DNA of 64,000 nt. Origin: a virus. Shown one piece after another: positions 55,101 through 64,000 of this stretch. How positions within the stretch are numbered: the first letter of the stretch is position 1; every line of letters starts with the position of its first letter. The stretch lies in the IMG/VR virus record IMGVR_UViG_3300036985_004624; one strand, written 5' to 3'. The notes beneath the pieces were generated by a model, which saw only the letters and a program-made list of their open reading frames with translations, made no database searches and was not told the DNA's origin. The translations under genes and the position numbers were made by a program.

Positions 55101-55515
55101 AGAATGCCATTGCTTCATATGTACGGGCACCACACACCCAATCAAATTTTACTGGACCGGTGATTCCAACTTTCTTATCTTCGAAAGGAGTAACAAGCAT
55201 ATCTATCCAATTATTTTTAGTCTGCGGCATAAGAATAGTATCATTATTCATTAATATGATAAATTCACCGGATGCACGCTTAATTCCGAGATTAGTAGCT
55301 TCTGTATATCCTACTGCCTCGTCTGTCCATACTAACTGTATACTAGGATTGTTTAATTCGATCAGATAACTTGCTGTATTATCTGTACATCCGTTTGCCG
55401 ATATAACTACTTCAACCTCTGACATTTCAGTGTACTTAAATATCGAATCCAGACAAGGCTTCAATAAATCATCACAATGATTATAAGTTGGTATAACTAT
55501 GCTGTATTTCTTCAT
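52117..55515 (-). CDS. multidomain protein: four tandem GT2 domains, methyltransferase, FkbM N-terminus
   Basis: Four I.PTYNH starts, LNLGSG..SHVFEH, ends VIDVGGN. Confidence 0.9.
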   Translation of the reverse strand: MKKYSIVIPTYNHCDDLLKPCLDSIFKYTEMSEVEVVISANGCTDNTASYLIELNNPSIQLVWTDEAVGYTEATNLGIKRASGEFIILMNNDTILMPQTKNNWIDMLVTPFEDKKVGITGPVKFDWVCGARTYEAMAFWLVMIKRDVFDKIGILDEIYSPGMGEDGDFCIRTTMAGYTLVSVPRNVTGHFDKGIENYNFPIYHAGNGTFADNNEEKNAIILRNNKILEEKYGQKEKSIDVTIIVPTYNHFEDAFKPCIDAIIKNTDLSNKEIIVVANGCTDGTRAYLDELKGRVSYIWFDEPQGVIRAYNAGIRQALGKYIVTIDNDSILLGQSIDQWIEILKAPFSDPMVGASSPFANDYAGLNLVLHAGCTMYDADILRQVGMFDEVYNPGYFSDSDLSMKIWRAGFKCVEVPKYDPEKKYENGVYSINFPVYHTGQVQTMNKFADRAIVEKNRRILYGRYSKKKYSIVIPTYNHCDDLLKPCIESIIQYTDTDNLEIIVVANGCTDNTREYIDSLGDFIKLIWVDEGIGYTKATNLGIKAATGEYVIPLNNDTEFLIQAKNDWINLLVAPFSDPKMGLTGVKENYDPYADANFLIFFCVMIPRRLFEEIGYLDEIFSPGYGEDIDFTLRAVNAGYLFKSVNTDFYQDGKRCTTYPIWHKDNKTFGEIPEYGNVIVGRNSKILAERYGKKMRKYSVVIPTYNHCEDLLRPLIRSIMQYTIPYNIEFIIVANGCTDNTKEFVENLGAPFKLIWSEEAIGYTRATNLGIQASNSEFIILLNNDTELLQQEKNAWIDILTAPFADETVGMVGPLQMHDNYSNHDVLIFFCVMIRKKLFDELGLLDEIYSPGGGEDIDFTIKAQKAGYKTLSTSTPVYSTTASTNVGDFPIWHKDNQTFKDIPEYTKSIIKVNGLLNCKRYNRDIKLNLGSGGIDYPGFLSVDLYDKRANIPMNITKLDFDNNSVSEIMASHVFEHLNPYHSVDILKEWLRALKPGGKLSMEMPDIEALCKSFLAETNYYDKMGILNAVYGSVNTTSEGGPDNITSPHLFGWWPESLFNHLQAAGYVDISFPPEQWPHPHNNLRVEAYKPASYVDRESLQIQEPNSYAEIFEENSYGIEVNDVRGKTVIDVGGN

Positions 55516-55580
55516 AAATCCTCAGGAGTATAATATCCCTATATTTATATGAATTAAAACATAGTTTTTAGTTTATTGAT

Positions 55581-56246
55581 TTAACTTTGTTTCTTAAGAA
55601 GTTTATTGACTTCTGCCATTTGCTTCTTTAATTTATTTATGGTTACTTGCTGATGCTGTATCTTTGCAGTTAAGATTGCCGATAATTTACCATAATCGAT
55701 ACCGGTTGGTATGCCGGCCTTATCTTTACCCACAATTTCCGGATATACTAGATCCATCTCTTCGGCAATAAATCCAAATTCGTGGCCTACATAGTCTATC
55801 CTATCGTATTCTCTCGGCGTTAAGTTATCAAATTTAGAAATATATGCACTACTCAAGTTCTTAATCTCTTTCTTAACACGCTGAGTAGATGTTGCATTAA
55901 AGCTTGTTGCACTTGCCGAGCCATTTACCTGCAATTTATCTGTACCGTTGTCTGTAGCAGTGCCTAATACTATATTGCCGCCATACTGCCCGAGCTTAAT
56001 CAGTCCCGAACTAAGAACTTCTATGCTCGGTATACCGCTCACATCGTTGACTGAGAAAATAGTACCAGTCATGGTGTCTGTAATGGAGAAGAGCTGTCCT
56101 GCCGACCCTTCAAAGGAAATAGTACCAGTAGATGTTACCCTAAGAGTAATATCCGTGGATACCGACACACCTTGAAATTTGATGGTCGGATCTTGGCCGA
56201 CTGTGGTCGAGCCTTGATTGGGAGTAATGAGTATTTTGCCTGCCAT
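55581..56246 (-). CDS. tail fibre protein with C-terminal intramolecular chaperone (peptidase S74-like)
   Basis: TSTQRVKKEI..GFIAEEM..PEIV..IDYGKL plus coiled coil. Confidence 0.82.
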   Translation of the reverse strand: MAGKILITPNQGSTTVGQDPTIKFQGVSVSTDITLRVTSTGTISFEGSAGQLFSITDTMTGTIFSVNDVSGIPSIEVLSSGLIKLGQYGGNIVLGTATDNGTDKLQVNGSASATSFNATSTQRVKKEIKNLSSAYISKFDNLTPREYDRIDYVGHEFGFIAEEMDLVYPEIVGKDKAGIPTGIDYGKLSAILTAKIQHQQVTINKLKKQMAEVNKLLKKQS

Positions 56247-56274
56247 TTTTTTACTTTACCTTATCTTATATTTA

Positions 56275-56934
56275 TCATATTCCATATCTTCCGCGGAGTG
56301 CATTAAAATTTTGTTCTACTTCTGTCGCTGACAGTGCTCGGTTGTATACTCTGACCATGGAGCAATAGCATGATGATATTTCTGTACCAGGGTCACCTAA
56401 TATATAAAGCGTTCCGGTCCCTGCAAGCACTGTATTATAAGTTCCGGTGCCGATTTGTGCTCCATTGACATACGCATTACAGGTAGTTCCAGCAGCGCCA
56501 GCTAAAGTATATAGGAGTTGATACCATGTACCAGTGGTTAAATTGGCAGTAAAATTTAGATCAGGGTATACATGTACAGTATTTGTTGAAGTACCAAACA
56601 AAATCTTTTCAGTTGCCCCGTCGTCGAGCCATGTTTGCCATCCTATCGCAAACGACTTAGAATTAAGCCATACTTCATATGTTCTTCCTGAAGGTGGAGA
56701 CGGGAAGTTAGCAATACGAAATCCTTGATCAGCGGTATCATTTGTTTCGAAAACTTTTGCACCGTTATATGTAATCCAATTTGCTGCGGTAAGATTAGAC
56801 ATAGTTGCTTGATACCCATTGCCACTTATATCATACCATGAAGTACCACTACCGGGATACGATTTTGTATTAGCTGCGTCAAGACACAAAATAAGTCCAG
56901 AAGTAACAATTGAAGGTGAATGTGCTAATGACAT
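56275..56934 (-). CDS. LamG/ConA-like lectin domain protein
   Basis: IVTSGLILCLDAAN..YNRALS..NFNALRGRYGI. Confidence 0.85.
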   Translation of the reverse strand: MSLAHSPSIVTSGLILCLDAANTKSYPGSGTSWYDISGNGYQATMSNLTAANWITYNGAKVFETNDTADQGFRIANFPSPPSGRTYEVWLNSKSFAIGWQTWLDDGATEKILFGTSTNTVHVYPDLNFTANLTTGTWYQLLYTLAGAAGTTCNAYVNGAQIGTGTYNTVLAGTGTLYILGDPGTEISSCYCSMVRVYNRALSATEVEQNFNALRGRYGI

Positions 56935-57188
56935 TGTATTTCTCCATATAGTTTACCGCTACTATAAGCTCTTATTGCTCTTATAAAAATATCAGAGCCA
57001 ATATTATTTATTAATAATATATCGTCGATGCATCTCCAAAAATCGAATATAAGTTCTGCCGAGCACTCGCAACTGCACTGTTGTCTATATGGCACCGCAC
57101 CGAAAGGTGCCTCGGAGAAATCGAAAGTTGACTCGACGGTAGCATTCTTGATGCCATCTGTTGTTTGAATATAGAAATCGTAAATCAT
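56925..57188 (-). CDS. hypothetical protein
   Basis: Coupled 87-aa ORF. Confidence 0.55.
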   Translation of the reverse strand: MIYDFYIQTTDGIKNATVESTFDFSEAPFGAVPYRQQCSCECSAELIFDFWRCIDDILLINNIGSDIFIRAIRAYSSGKLYGEIQCH

Positions 57189-57940
57189 TATCTCACCATT
57201 ATCATGTATTGGTTAGTGCCGCCGAAAGTCAACCCGTTCGCCACAAACGAGTTACTCAAAAAATTACCACTACCATCTGTGCTTGATCCGCCACACCAGG
57301 GGCCGGCGTAATAAAATGTGCCTCCGCAATATGTAGTTGCCATGCTCGTGGGATACCCGCCGTATGAAGAAAATCCACAACAATCCCTCATATAATACAT
57401 ATTATTTGCAGTGCCTGTTACAGGGAAGCCAACAGCACTTTGCATACCGGCAACACCCGAGTCGCCATATACACTTACATCATACTTCAAAGTTACATAT
57501 GACGGGCCCTGCTGAGTATCGCTTGTGGTAAATGTTGTATAGTCAAATCCATATCTCTTGTATATAAACGGCCCCCATGTATTGTTGTTAATATTTCCAC
57601 GATTACCAAATATAAATTCTGTAAAGGCAGAGTTTCCATTCCAATATGTCCACCAGCCTGCTTGATACGCTTGTGTGTAATCTTTAATGCTGCCGATAGA
57701 GCCGCCGCGCCATCCCCAGTTTGTTCCGTTATAATTTATAACCGAAGGATGACTTCTGGACAATAGCATCCAGCCGCCGCCGTCTGTGGTCATATCACAC
57801 CATATTAATTGATATTGACTGGTCGGGCCCTGAGGATATAATGTGTAATAATTATCTTTACCAGCAAGAGAAGGATAGGCAGCAAGTAAATCTTTTGCTG
57901 TCTTATAACTTCTGTAATCGGGGCCGGTGAATATACTCAT
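57188..57940 (-). CDS. fibrinogen-like lectin domain protein
   Basis: WCDMTTDGGGWML. Confidence 0.82.
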   Translation of the reverse strand: MSIFTGPDYRSYKTAKDLLAAYPSLAGKDNYYTLYPQGPTSQYQLIWCDMTTDGGGWMLLSRSHPSVINYNGTNWGWRGGSIGSIKDYTQAYQAGWWTYWNGNSAFTEFIFGNRGNINNNTWGPFIYKRYGFDYTTFTTSDTQQGPSYVTLKYDVSVYGDSGVAGMQSAVGFPVTGTANNMYYMRDCCGFSSYGGYPTSMATTYCGGTFYYAGPWCGGSSTDGSGNFLSNSFVANGLTFGGTNQYMIMVR

Positions 57941-58122
57941 GTTCCGTGCTTCCTAATATATTCTTCTGCCACACTTAAATCGTCTGACCCAAACCATGCG
58001 TTTCCGTTTTCATCGATAACCATATATTTAAATGCCGTTAATAAACAGGTAGAGCAGCTTTTATCCGGGTTTTCTATTTCCTTAATTGTTAAATTATAAG
58101 CCATATATACTCCTTGTTGCAT
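57937..58122 (-). CDS. small hypothetical protein
   Basis: ATGA-coupled ORF. Confidence 0.5.
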   Translation of the reverse strand: MQQGVYMAYNLTIKEIENPDKSCSTCLLTAFKYMVIDENGNAWFGSDDLSVAEEYIRKHGT

Positions 58123-58752
58123 TAAAATTTTGTATTAGTTCGGAATCAGATAAGCCGCGATTATAAATTCTTGCAGTTGCAATATTTACTGAGGGGTGAC
58201 CTGCTGCACTTAAATACCAAGTACCAGAATTGTCGTAAAAAGATAAACCTGTTCCCCAATTAGTATTGTACATCTCTATACCATCTATCCATATAATAAA
58301 ATTATTGTTGCGTCTCATTCCAACACAATGATGCCACTGATTTAAATTTATAGCATATGCCGGGTGTTGATATGTAGAACCACCAGCACCGTTATTAAAA
58401 CCTATCATCGTGTACATACCTGTCCCGATTTGGAAAAATCTAAACCAATATGTACCAAACACAGTTTCACAGCAGGCCGAATATGGATTAGAAGGATTAT
58501 AGATACACTCTATAGTCATGTCAGTAGTGTTAGCATACCAAGACGGTGCTGCCGCTCTTGCACTTGTGTTATTGACATACCCATATAACCTGACGCATTG
58601 TACGTTCCGGATGAGGGCAGAGTCCAGTCAAACCCGTTACCGCTTCTATCATACCAAGTGGTACCAGTATTTGGATAACTTCTGATATTTCTTGCGTCGA
58701 GATCCAAGACCAGACCCGAGGTAACGATCGAAGGGCCGGCAGCTAAACTCAT
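58094..58752 (-). pseudogene. LamG domain gene split by 1-nt frameshift near 58573
   Basis: N-half 58516..58752 continues in another frame as NNTSARAAAPSWYANTTDMTIEC. Confidence 0.75.
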
Positions 58753-59411
58753 ATACCGTACCTCCCCCGGAGTGCGTTGAAGTTTTGTGCGACTTCTGCT
58801 GCTGAAAGTGCTCGGTTGTATATTTGTGTATCTGAAATTTTTCCGATATACATATCAGGTAAATCCCATCTCATACCCAACCGAATTCCGTTACCACTAC
58901 ACCCTGGATTTCCAGAGTAGGTTGTGGTGCCACCAACATATGCACCATTAAGATAAATTCCCTGTGTAGTTCCGTCGTATGTGTAAGTGACGCATTGCCA
59001 CACATTCATTGACATTGTTGCCGTGGGGCTATTATACCATCCTGCCTGATAGATTCCGCCTTGCCAGACACCCGCACACGATATGCAATAATTTATCAGA
59101 CTAGGATACTTGTCTGTTATGACTGCGGGCGCAGCGCCGGTATACCCCGTGGGGTAAGCCCATACAGTTACAGTAAATCTTGTCAGGGCAGTAGTATAGT
59201 TTATATCAACTATGTCATCAATGCCATCAAAGACAATGCTACCCATATTAGCACTGTTATAAGTAGGTCCATTAGTCAGAGTCCCGTTACTTGAGGTATT
59301 TACTAAATTGGTCCAAGTAGTACCACTTCCTGGATAACTTCTCTGGTTGGCGGCGTCCAGACACAGAACAAGTCCGGAGGTGACAATGGATGGTGAGTGA
59401 GATAAAGACAT
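58749..59411 (-). CDS. LamG domain protein
   Basis: Same conserved termini. Confidence 0.85.
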   Translation of the reverse strand: MSLSHSPSIVTSGLVLCLDAANQRSYPGSGTTWTNLVNTSSNGTLTNGPTYNSANMGSIVFDGIDDIVDINYTTALTRFTVTVWAYPTGYTGAAPAVITDKYPSLINYCISCAGVWQGGIYQAGWYNSPTATMSMNVWQCVTYTYDGTTQGIYLNGAYVGGTTTYSGNPGCSGNGIRLGMRWDLPDMYIGKISDTQIYNRALSAAEVAQNFNALRGRYGI

Positions 59412-59671
59412 TACATTGGCGGATTAGGATCCGTCCATGCTGGTGTTGCCATTATCACAAGAATTTCGTCTTGTGTCAGATACGGCCCTTTAGTGGTGAG
59501 GGTGACGACACATGCAGGGGGTGAGCCGGCCCACTTTACAAGAGTTTGTAGACCGTCTATTGATCGGCGGCATGTCGCCACTGAAGTTTGTTCCACTTGT
59601 GTGAAGTCAATTGTGTTTAGTTCAGATACATCAAAGATGACGTAGGTGAATTGATTTAAAGTTAGTTCCAT
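59411..59671 (-). CDS. small tail-fibre-associated protein (paralog of 61955..62278)
   Basis: FTYVIFDV.EL.TIDF..TLVKW..KGPY. Confidence 0.7.
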   Translation of the reverse strand: MELTLNQFTYVIFDVSELNTIDFTQVEQTSVATCRRSIDGLQTLVKWAGSPPACVVTLTTKGPYLTQDEILVIMATPAWTDPNPPM

Positions 59672-59679
59672 ATTTTTTC

Positions 59680-61293
59680 CTATATTCCATATCTGCCACG
59701 AAGGGCGTTAAAGTTTTGTGTAACTTCATCTGCGGACAGGGCCCGGTTATAAATCTGGAGAGAGGCATATTTTCCTTTCAAGATATGCACATTATTAGTT
59801 GCATAGGCGCCGCCTAGCCAAATTCCTCCTCCATTTGGATCAGAGAATTTATAAAATCCAGTAGTCCCGGAACCAGAAACAACAGAGCCAACTTGAACAC
59901 CGTCATAGTACTTTACTACGCTTTGACTTGCATTAGATGTAAAGGTATAAACTCCTGTGTACATATGAAATCCAAGAGTGTTTACAACAGTACCTCGGTT
60001 TGACAGAGACATTCCGCTGTTATTACCTACAACAAAACCGAAGTCAGTCGAGGAATCTGCGGCTCCGTACAAAATAAGTGCAATTTCGTTGCTTCCATTA
60101 GCTATACTTCGGACACCAAACATAAAAGTACTGTCGCCAACTCCTTTACTTGTCTTACTTAGAATTACATTAACTGTAAAACTCGTATCAGACGCGAGCA
60201 AATTTGCTTGTGTGAATGGTACTAAAATATAGTCGTTTACTCCATCAAATACAATACTTCCACCGTTTGCAGAACTATAAATCGGTCCATTAGTTAAGGT
60301 GCCTGCAATGTTATTTCCACTTATGTCAGCCCAATTTGCTCCGGGCGTAAATGTTCCGCTCGTTGTAAATGTATGTATTGTATAGCTGTTATTTGTTGTT
60401 ATTGTTCCGCCAGTTGCTTTTTGCGGGCCCGCATAGCGAATGACTACTATCCCTGTTCCGCCGGCACCACCGGTTGTGGAAGTTTGCCCTCCACCAGTAT
60501 GTGATCCGGCACCACCACCTCCTCCGGTGTTTGTACCCCCTGCTCCACCATTTGTTGTATTATTTAATTGTGTTCCGGCGGCACCTGAATTAAGGGCGGA
60601 GCCACCTCCAAGACCTACGTTAGGATTTGTTCCGCCAAGCGCAAATGTTCCACCACCGCCACCACCGCCGATACCGCCTGAGCCCGCGTAATCAGGATAT
60701 CCCTGACCACCGCCACCACCGCCCCAGTAATAAGGGTATCCGCTAATATTACAATATAAGCCAGCACCACCGTTAGTAGCAGGCGTTCCTACTGAACTAT
60801 TTCCTGAAGTGAAACTTAAAGCTGCTGCACCAGCACCCCCGCCTCCAGACCCCGCATTATAACCAGCAGAATTACCACCTACATTTCCGCTTCCTATAAT
60901 CGCAGATATATATTGTGTTGCTGCTGCTAGAATGGTCATTAATCCGGCATTACCGGACTTGTTTACACTTCCTTGTCCGCCTCCTTGCCCCCCACCGGCT
61001 GTTTCGCCAAACGCGGTTGTACTGCCTCCTGCTCCACTTGGCGTATAATTTCCTGTAACTATCCCACCAGCCCCTACGACTATAGAATATGCGGTTCCTG
61101 CACTAACCTTAAATCCTGTAAAATAGCCAACTGCGCCGCCACCACCGGCACCACATAAGTTTATGCCGCCAGCACCACCACCGCCTACAAGAAGAATATC
61201 AACGATAGGTGGGCCGAATGATTTTATATTTGCAGCGTCTAGTTCTAATACTAAACCATTTGTAACTGCTACTGGACCAGCGGCGCAACTCAT
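59680..61293 (-). CDS. LamG domain protein with inserted glycine-rich domain
   Basis: LamG termini interrupted by ILLVGGGGAGG..GIVVIRY..IHTFTTSGTF. Confidence 0.85.
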   Translation of the reverse strand: MSCAAGPVAVTNGLVLELDAANIKSFGPPIVDILLVGGGGAGGINLCGAGGGGAVGYFTGFKVSAGTAYSIVVGAGGIVTGNYTPSGAGGSTTAFGETAGGGQGGGQGSVNKSGNAGLMTILAAATQYISAIIGSGNVGGNSAGYNAGSGGGGAGAAALSFTSGNSSVGTPATNGGAGLYCNISGYPYYWGGGGGGQGYPDYAGSGGIGGGGGGGTFALGGTNPNVGLGGGSALNSGAAGTQLNNTTNGGAGGTNTGGGGGAGSHTGGGQTSTTGGAGGTGIVVIRYAGPQKATGGTITTNNSYTIHTFTTSGTFTPGANWADISGNNIAGTLTNGPIYSSANGGSIVFDGVNDYILVPFTQANLLASDTSFTVNVILSKTSKGVGDSTFMFGVRSIANGSNEIALILYGAADSSTDFGFVVGNNSGMSLSNRGTVVNTLGFHMYTGVYTFTSNASQSVVKYYDGVQVGSVVSGSGTTGFYKFSDPNGGGIWLGGAYATNNVHILKGKYASLQIYNRALSADEVTQNFNALRGRYGI

Positions 61294-61955
61294 ATTCCGT
61301 ACCTCCCTCTGAGGGCGTTAAAGTTTTGTGCGACTTCTGCGGCTGAAAGCACTCGGTTATATACTCTACACACCGACAGGTTACCATTATAGGGGTAGCC
61401 GCCGCCACCGTAGCATCCTATGTACATACCTGATGCATTTGTACTCAATGTTCCAGTTGTGCTATTAGAGTTAACTTGCACACCGTTAATATACAAAATA
61501 CGTGAGCCCGAAGTGAAAGTGCCAACGACTTGATACCAGTTACTAGTATTCATATACGTGCCGGTATTTGTTGACAGATCACCTAACGGGCCGAGACGCC
61601 ATTGAATTACAGCACCTTCTTGGAACAATGCATATTGTGAGTTTACCGACCCCTTTTCGAACCAGAATCCGTTCTGTGTAGTAGCGTTTGTTTTAACCCA
61701 AACTTCAACAGTGGGTGTCTGTGTGTCTAGTGCAGTATTATTAGCAGCAGTTGCATAATCATTTACACCATCGAAGGTGAGATATCCAAGATTGCCACTA
61801 GAATATACCGGACCGTTCGCAAGCGCGAAATTATAACCGGTGCCAGTTAAATCATTCCAATTAGTACCTGAGCCCTGGTAACTACGTGGGTTTGCAGCAT
61901 CCAAACACATAACTAAGCCGGATGTTACTATTGAAGGGGAGTGTGATAAAGACAT
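61290..61955 (-). CDS. LamG domain protein
   Basis: MSLSHSPSIVTSGL..NFNALRGRYGI. Confidence 0.85.
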   Translation of the reverse strand: MSLSHSPSIVTSGLVMCLDAANPRSYQGSGTNWNDLTGTGYNFALANGPVYSSGNLGYLTFDGVNDYATAANNTALDTQTPTVEVWVKTNATTQNGFWFEKGSVNSQYALFQEGAVIQWRLGPLGDLSTNTGTYMNTSNWYQVVGTFTSGSRILYINGVQVNSNSTTGTLSTNASGMYIGCYGGGGYPYNGNLSVCRVYNRVLSAAEVAQNFNALRGRYGI

Positions 61956-62278
61956 TACACATCCAATGGATCTTTGGGCGTCCACTCCGGTGTCGCCATA
62001 ATAATTAGGATCTGATCTTGAGTCATATATGGCCCCTTGGTAGCCAGAGCTTCAATACACGCAGCAGGTGGTCCATACCACTTGACCAGAGTACGCTTGC
62101 CATTAGCTGAACGACGGCATGTCTCCGGCGATGTTTGGAGCACGTAGTTAAAGTCGATTGTGTCTAGTTCAATCACATCAAATATGACATAAGTGAAACT
62201 GTTTTCTTGTTGAGTGGCCAACAACTCTTCGGCGGTTAATGTTTGCATAATATTCCTTTTAGTATTTATATCGCCCAC
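61955..62278 (-). CDS. small tail-fibre-associated protein
   Basis: Paralog of 59411..59671. Confidence 0.7.
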   Translation of the reverse strand: MGDINTKRNIMQTLTAEELLATQQENSFTYVIFDVIELDTIDFNYVLQTSPETCRRSANGKRTLVKWYGPPAACIEALATKGPYMTQDQILIIMATPEWTPKDPLDV

Positions 62279-62460
62279 TTATCCATAGGGCATATTTTAA
62301 ATCTGTATTTGACTACATATGTTATCGGACAGGCACATTTCTGACATGTTTGATTGTCAGACACCAGTTCATTTAATGAACAGGCGTCACATAACTGTTG
62401 TCTAGCCGCCTTCTCCTCGTCTGAAGTTAATATACCAAAGTTGTTAACATCTTCAATCAT
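62266..62460 (-). CDS. small Cys-rich protein
   Basis: CDAC..CQKCAC..CPMDKW. Confidence 0.7.
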   Translation of the reverse strand: MIEDVNNFGILTSDEEKAARQQLCDACSLNELVSDNQTCQKCACPITYVVKYRFKICPMDKWAI

Positions 62461-63170
62461 ATACTGTACCTCCCGCGTAACGCATTAAAGTTTTGTGACA
62501 GTTCAGCGTCAGATAGGTATTTCTGATAGGTGCTGAAGTAGGCGATATCTCCCCAATACTGACTTCCGTCTGCCGGGGGCAGAGTGCCGTTGTGATACCC
62601 ACCGATAGCTCCAAAACCGCGATTGTATTTCGCATTAGCACTTGTAATTGAACCGCGAATTGTACCCGGAGTATCATTGTAACTTAATTGATAATAAGGT
62701 GAACTCGCTTGCCAACGCCAGTACATCATTACCCAGTTGCTAGTTCCATAATTAGGTAAACTCTGTTGGCTAAATCCCGAATCTAAGAACCCCACCGAGT
62801 CGTTATCATATGTACCAATTTGCCACCCACTTGCTTGGATGATAACTTGATGGTCGTTAACATATGATCGTGTCAACGTACGCCACTCTGCCGTAGAATT
62901 CTTGATACGAGTAACTGCACAATAAGTAACACCTGTGGCGTCTGATAACGAGATGTCTGTTGTATTCTTTGCGAGGCCGTAGCTGCCGTTAAAATCCATA
63001 TACTTGGAACCGGATGAGTTATATGCAGCGGCGACGATATTAAAATTATTGCTATTGCCACTCACATCATACCATGTAGTGCCGGTGCCGGGATAGCTGC
63101 GCGGATTTCCTGCATCAATGCATAACACCAATCCAGATGTTACCACAGAAGCGTTATATGCTACGCTCAT
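62457..63170 (-). CDS. LamG domain protein
   Basis: Conserved termini. Confidence 0.85.
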   Translation of the reverse strand: MSVAYNASVVTSGLVLCIDAGNPRSYPGTGTTWYDVSGNSNNFNIVAAAYNSSGSKYMDFNGSYGLAKNTTDISLSDATGVTYCAVTRIKNSTAEWRTLTRSYVNDHQVIIQASGWQIGTYDNDSVGFLDSGFSQQSLPNYGTSNWVMMYWRWQASSPYYQLSYNDTPGTIRGSITSANAKYNRGFGAIGGYHNGTLPPADGSQYWGDIAYFSTYQKYLSDAELSQNFNALRGRYSI

Positions 63171-63856
63171 ACTCCGTACCTACCTCTGATTGCATTGTAG
63201 TTCTGAATCACTTCATCATCAGACAACGCCGTAGTGTATGCTAAAACAAATGCCATATCACCCTGCCATAGTCCCGCGTAGCCGTTACCAATCAAGATAT
63301 TTGCGGTTGATGCAGTAAGAACCCCATACGGGTTAGCTGAACTGCTTGATAGTGAATCGTTTAGATACCAATTAAATGTGCTGGTGTTGCGAGAAGCACA
63401 CATGAAATTCCAAACGCTTCTGGGTGTTGCAGCACTTGTTACTCCCACATAAGGAGAGGAGTCTCCACCACCGTTACCGTAGAATTGAGTGATGTTCTCA
63501 CCTTGTTCATGCGTCCATGTTCCATATCCTGCATATGCTTGATTCCATGGATTCCGGCGTCCTGAGGTGTAAGTGTGTTTCATTACCATCAATAGAGTTT
63601 GTGCTGACGAGAAATTGAGTGTGCTGTTATTAGTTATAATGCCGTAGTTTGACGATCCGTCAAATGTAAAATACTTGGATGCTCCTGATACATATGCCGG
63701 TGTACTGGCAAAGACACAGTGATTATTGTTGCCGCTTACGTCATACCAGGTAGCGCCGCTACCCGGATATGAGCGAGGGTTGGCTGCGTCTAAACACAGC
63801 ACTAACCCGTTCGTTACGATACTTGAATTATATGCAATTGCCAATGTGTACTCCAA
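63167..63856 (-). CDS. LamG domain protein (start uncertain)
   Basis: IVTNGLVLCLDAAN..NYNAIRGRYGV. Confidence 0.82.
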   Translation of the reverse strand: MEYTLAIAYNSSIVTNGLVLCLDAANPRSYPGSGATWYDVSGNNNHCVFASTPAYVSGASKYFTFDGSSNYGIITNNSTLNFSSAQTLLMVMKHTYTSGRRNPWNQAYAGYGTWTHEQGENITQFYGNGGGDSSPYVGVTSAATPRSVWNFMCASRNTSTFNWYLNDSLSSSSANPYGVLTASTANILIGNGYAGLWQGDMAFVLAYTTALSDDEVIQNYNAIRGRYGV

Positions 63857-64000
63857 TTAAGCATACGTTGCGCTCTGATGCTGTTATGGCTCTATTGTAG
63901 AAGGAAACATTAGAGATGTATCCATTTACATTATAACTATTATTAATGCATCCTACCGAAAACTCTAAAGTAGCTGTTCCACCAATACCACCAGTGTTAT
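63828..64000 (-). CDS. C-terminal part of another LamG protein, truncated by window
   Basis: NGYISNVSFYNRAITASE, lacks usual RGRYGI end. Confidence 0.65.
   Translation of the reverse strand, partial: NTGGIGGTATLEFSVGCINNSYNVNGYISNVSFYNRAITASERNVCLIGVHIGNCI

Noticed and set aside
60440-60691. Pro-rich plus-strand ORF
   Set aside because: Antisense of Gly-rich codons in 59680..61293
1-64000. Genome-wide TAG reassignment (code 15) suggested by the CUA tRNA
   Set aside because: Long genes are intact in the standard code and several end properly at TAG (10379, 16307, 19144, 49501, 59680)
55581-64000. Diversity-generating retroelement acting on lectin genes
   Set aside because: No reverse transcriptase in the window and no template/variable repeat pair differing only at adenines was seen

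Overview
AT-rich, almost entirely minus-strand 64-kb segment of a very large (jumbo/huge) tailed phage. The porin, PstS, TAXI receptor and permuted tmRNA suggest a Proteobacterial, probably Betaproteobacterial, host (inference). From right to left in transcription order it carries: a LamG/lectin tail-fibre cassette array; a glycosyltransferase/methyltransferase block; a 13-kb array of tRNAs covering all 20 amino acids, interleaved with homing endonucleases, rpoZ, an RNase P RNA and many unannotated tRNA-mimic RNAs; a sugar-nucleotide and radical-SAM/PP-loop enzyme block; spanins; a two-piece tmRNA; Pho-box pstS plus porin; heptose kinase/transferase; Pth2 with an amber suppressor tRNA; DenV; holin-like paralogs; and an RNA ligase. 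The most striking signal is a candidate RNA-based translation-surveillance and counter-defence system with three parts. (1) A 57-codon leader peptide sampling 41 different codons and all 20 amino acids, coupled to a terminator/antiterminator switch at the head of the tRNA array. (2) A family of covarying CAGCAA-scaffold small RNAs that display isolated anticodon stem-loops (Lys, Tyr, Trp) or tRNA elbows. (3) An amber-interrupted micro-leader (MQ*VLNNGPP) whose hairpin masks the RBS of the Pth2 operon next to a CUA tRNA. All RNA structures were read by eye, coordinates may be off by a few nt, and functions are hypotheses.
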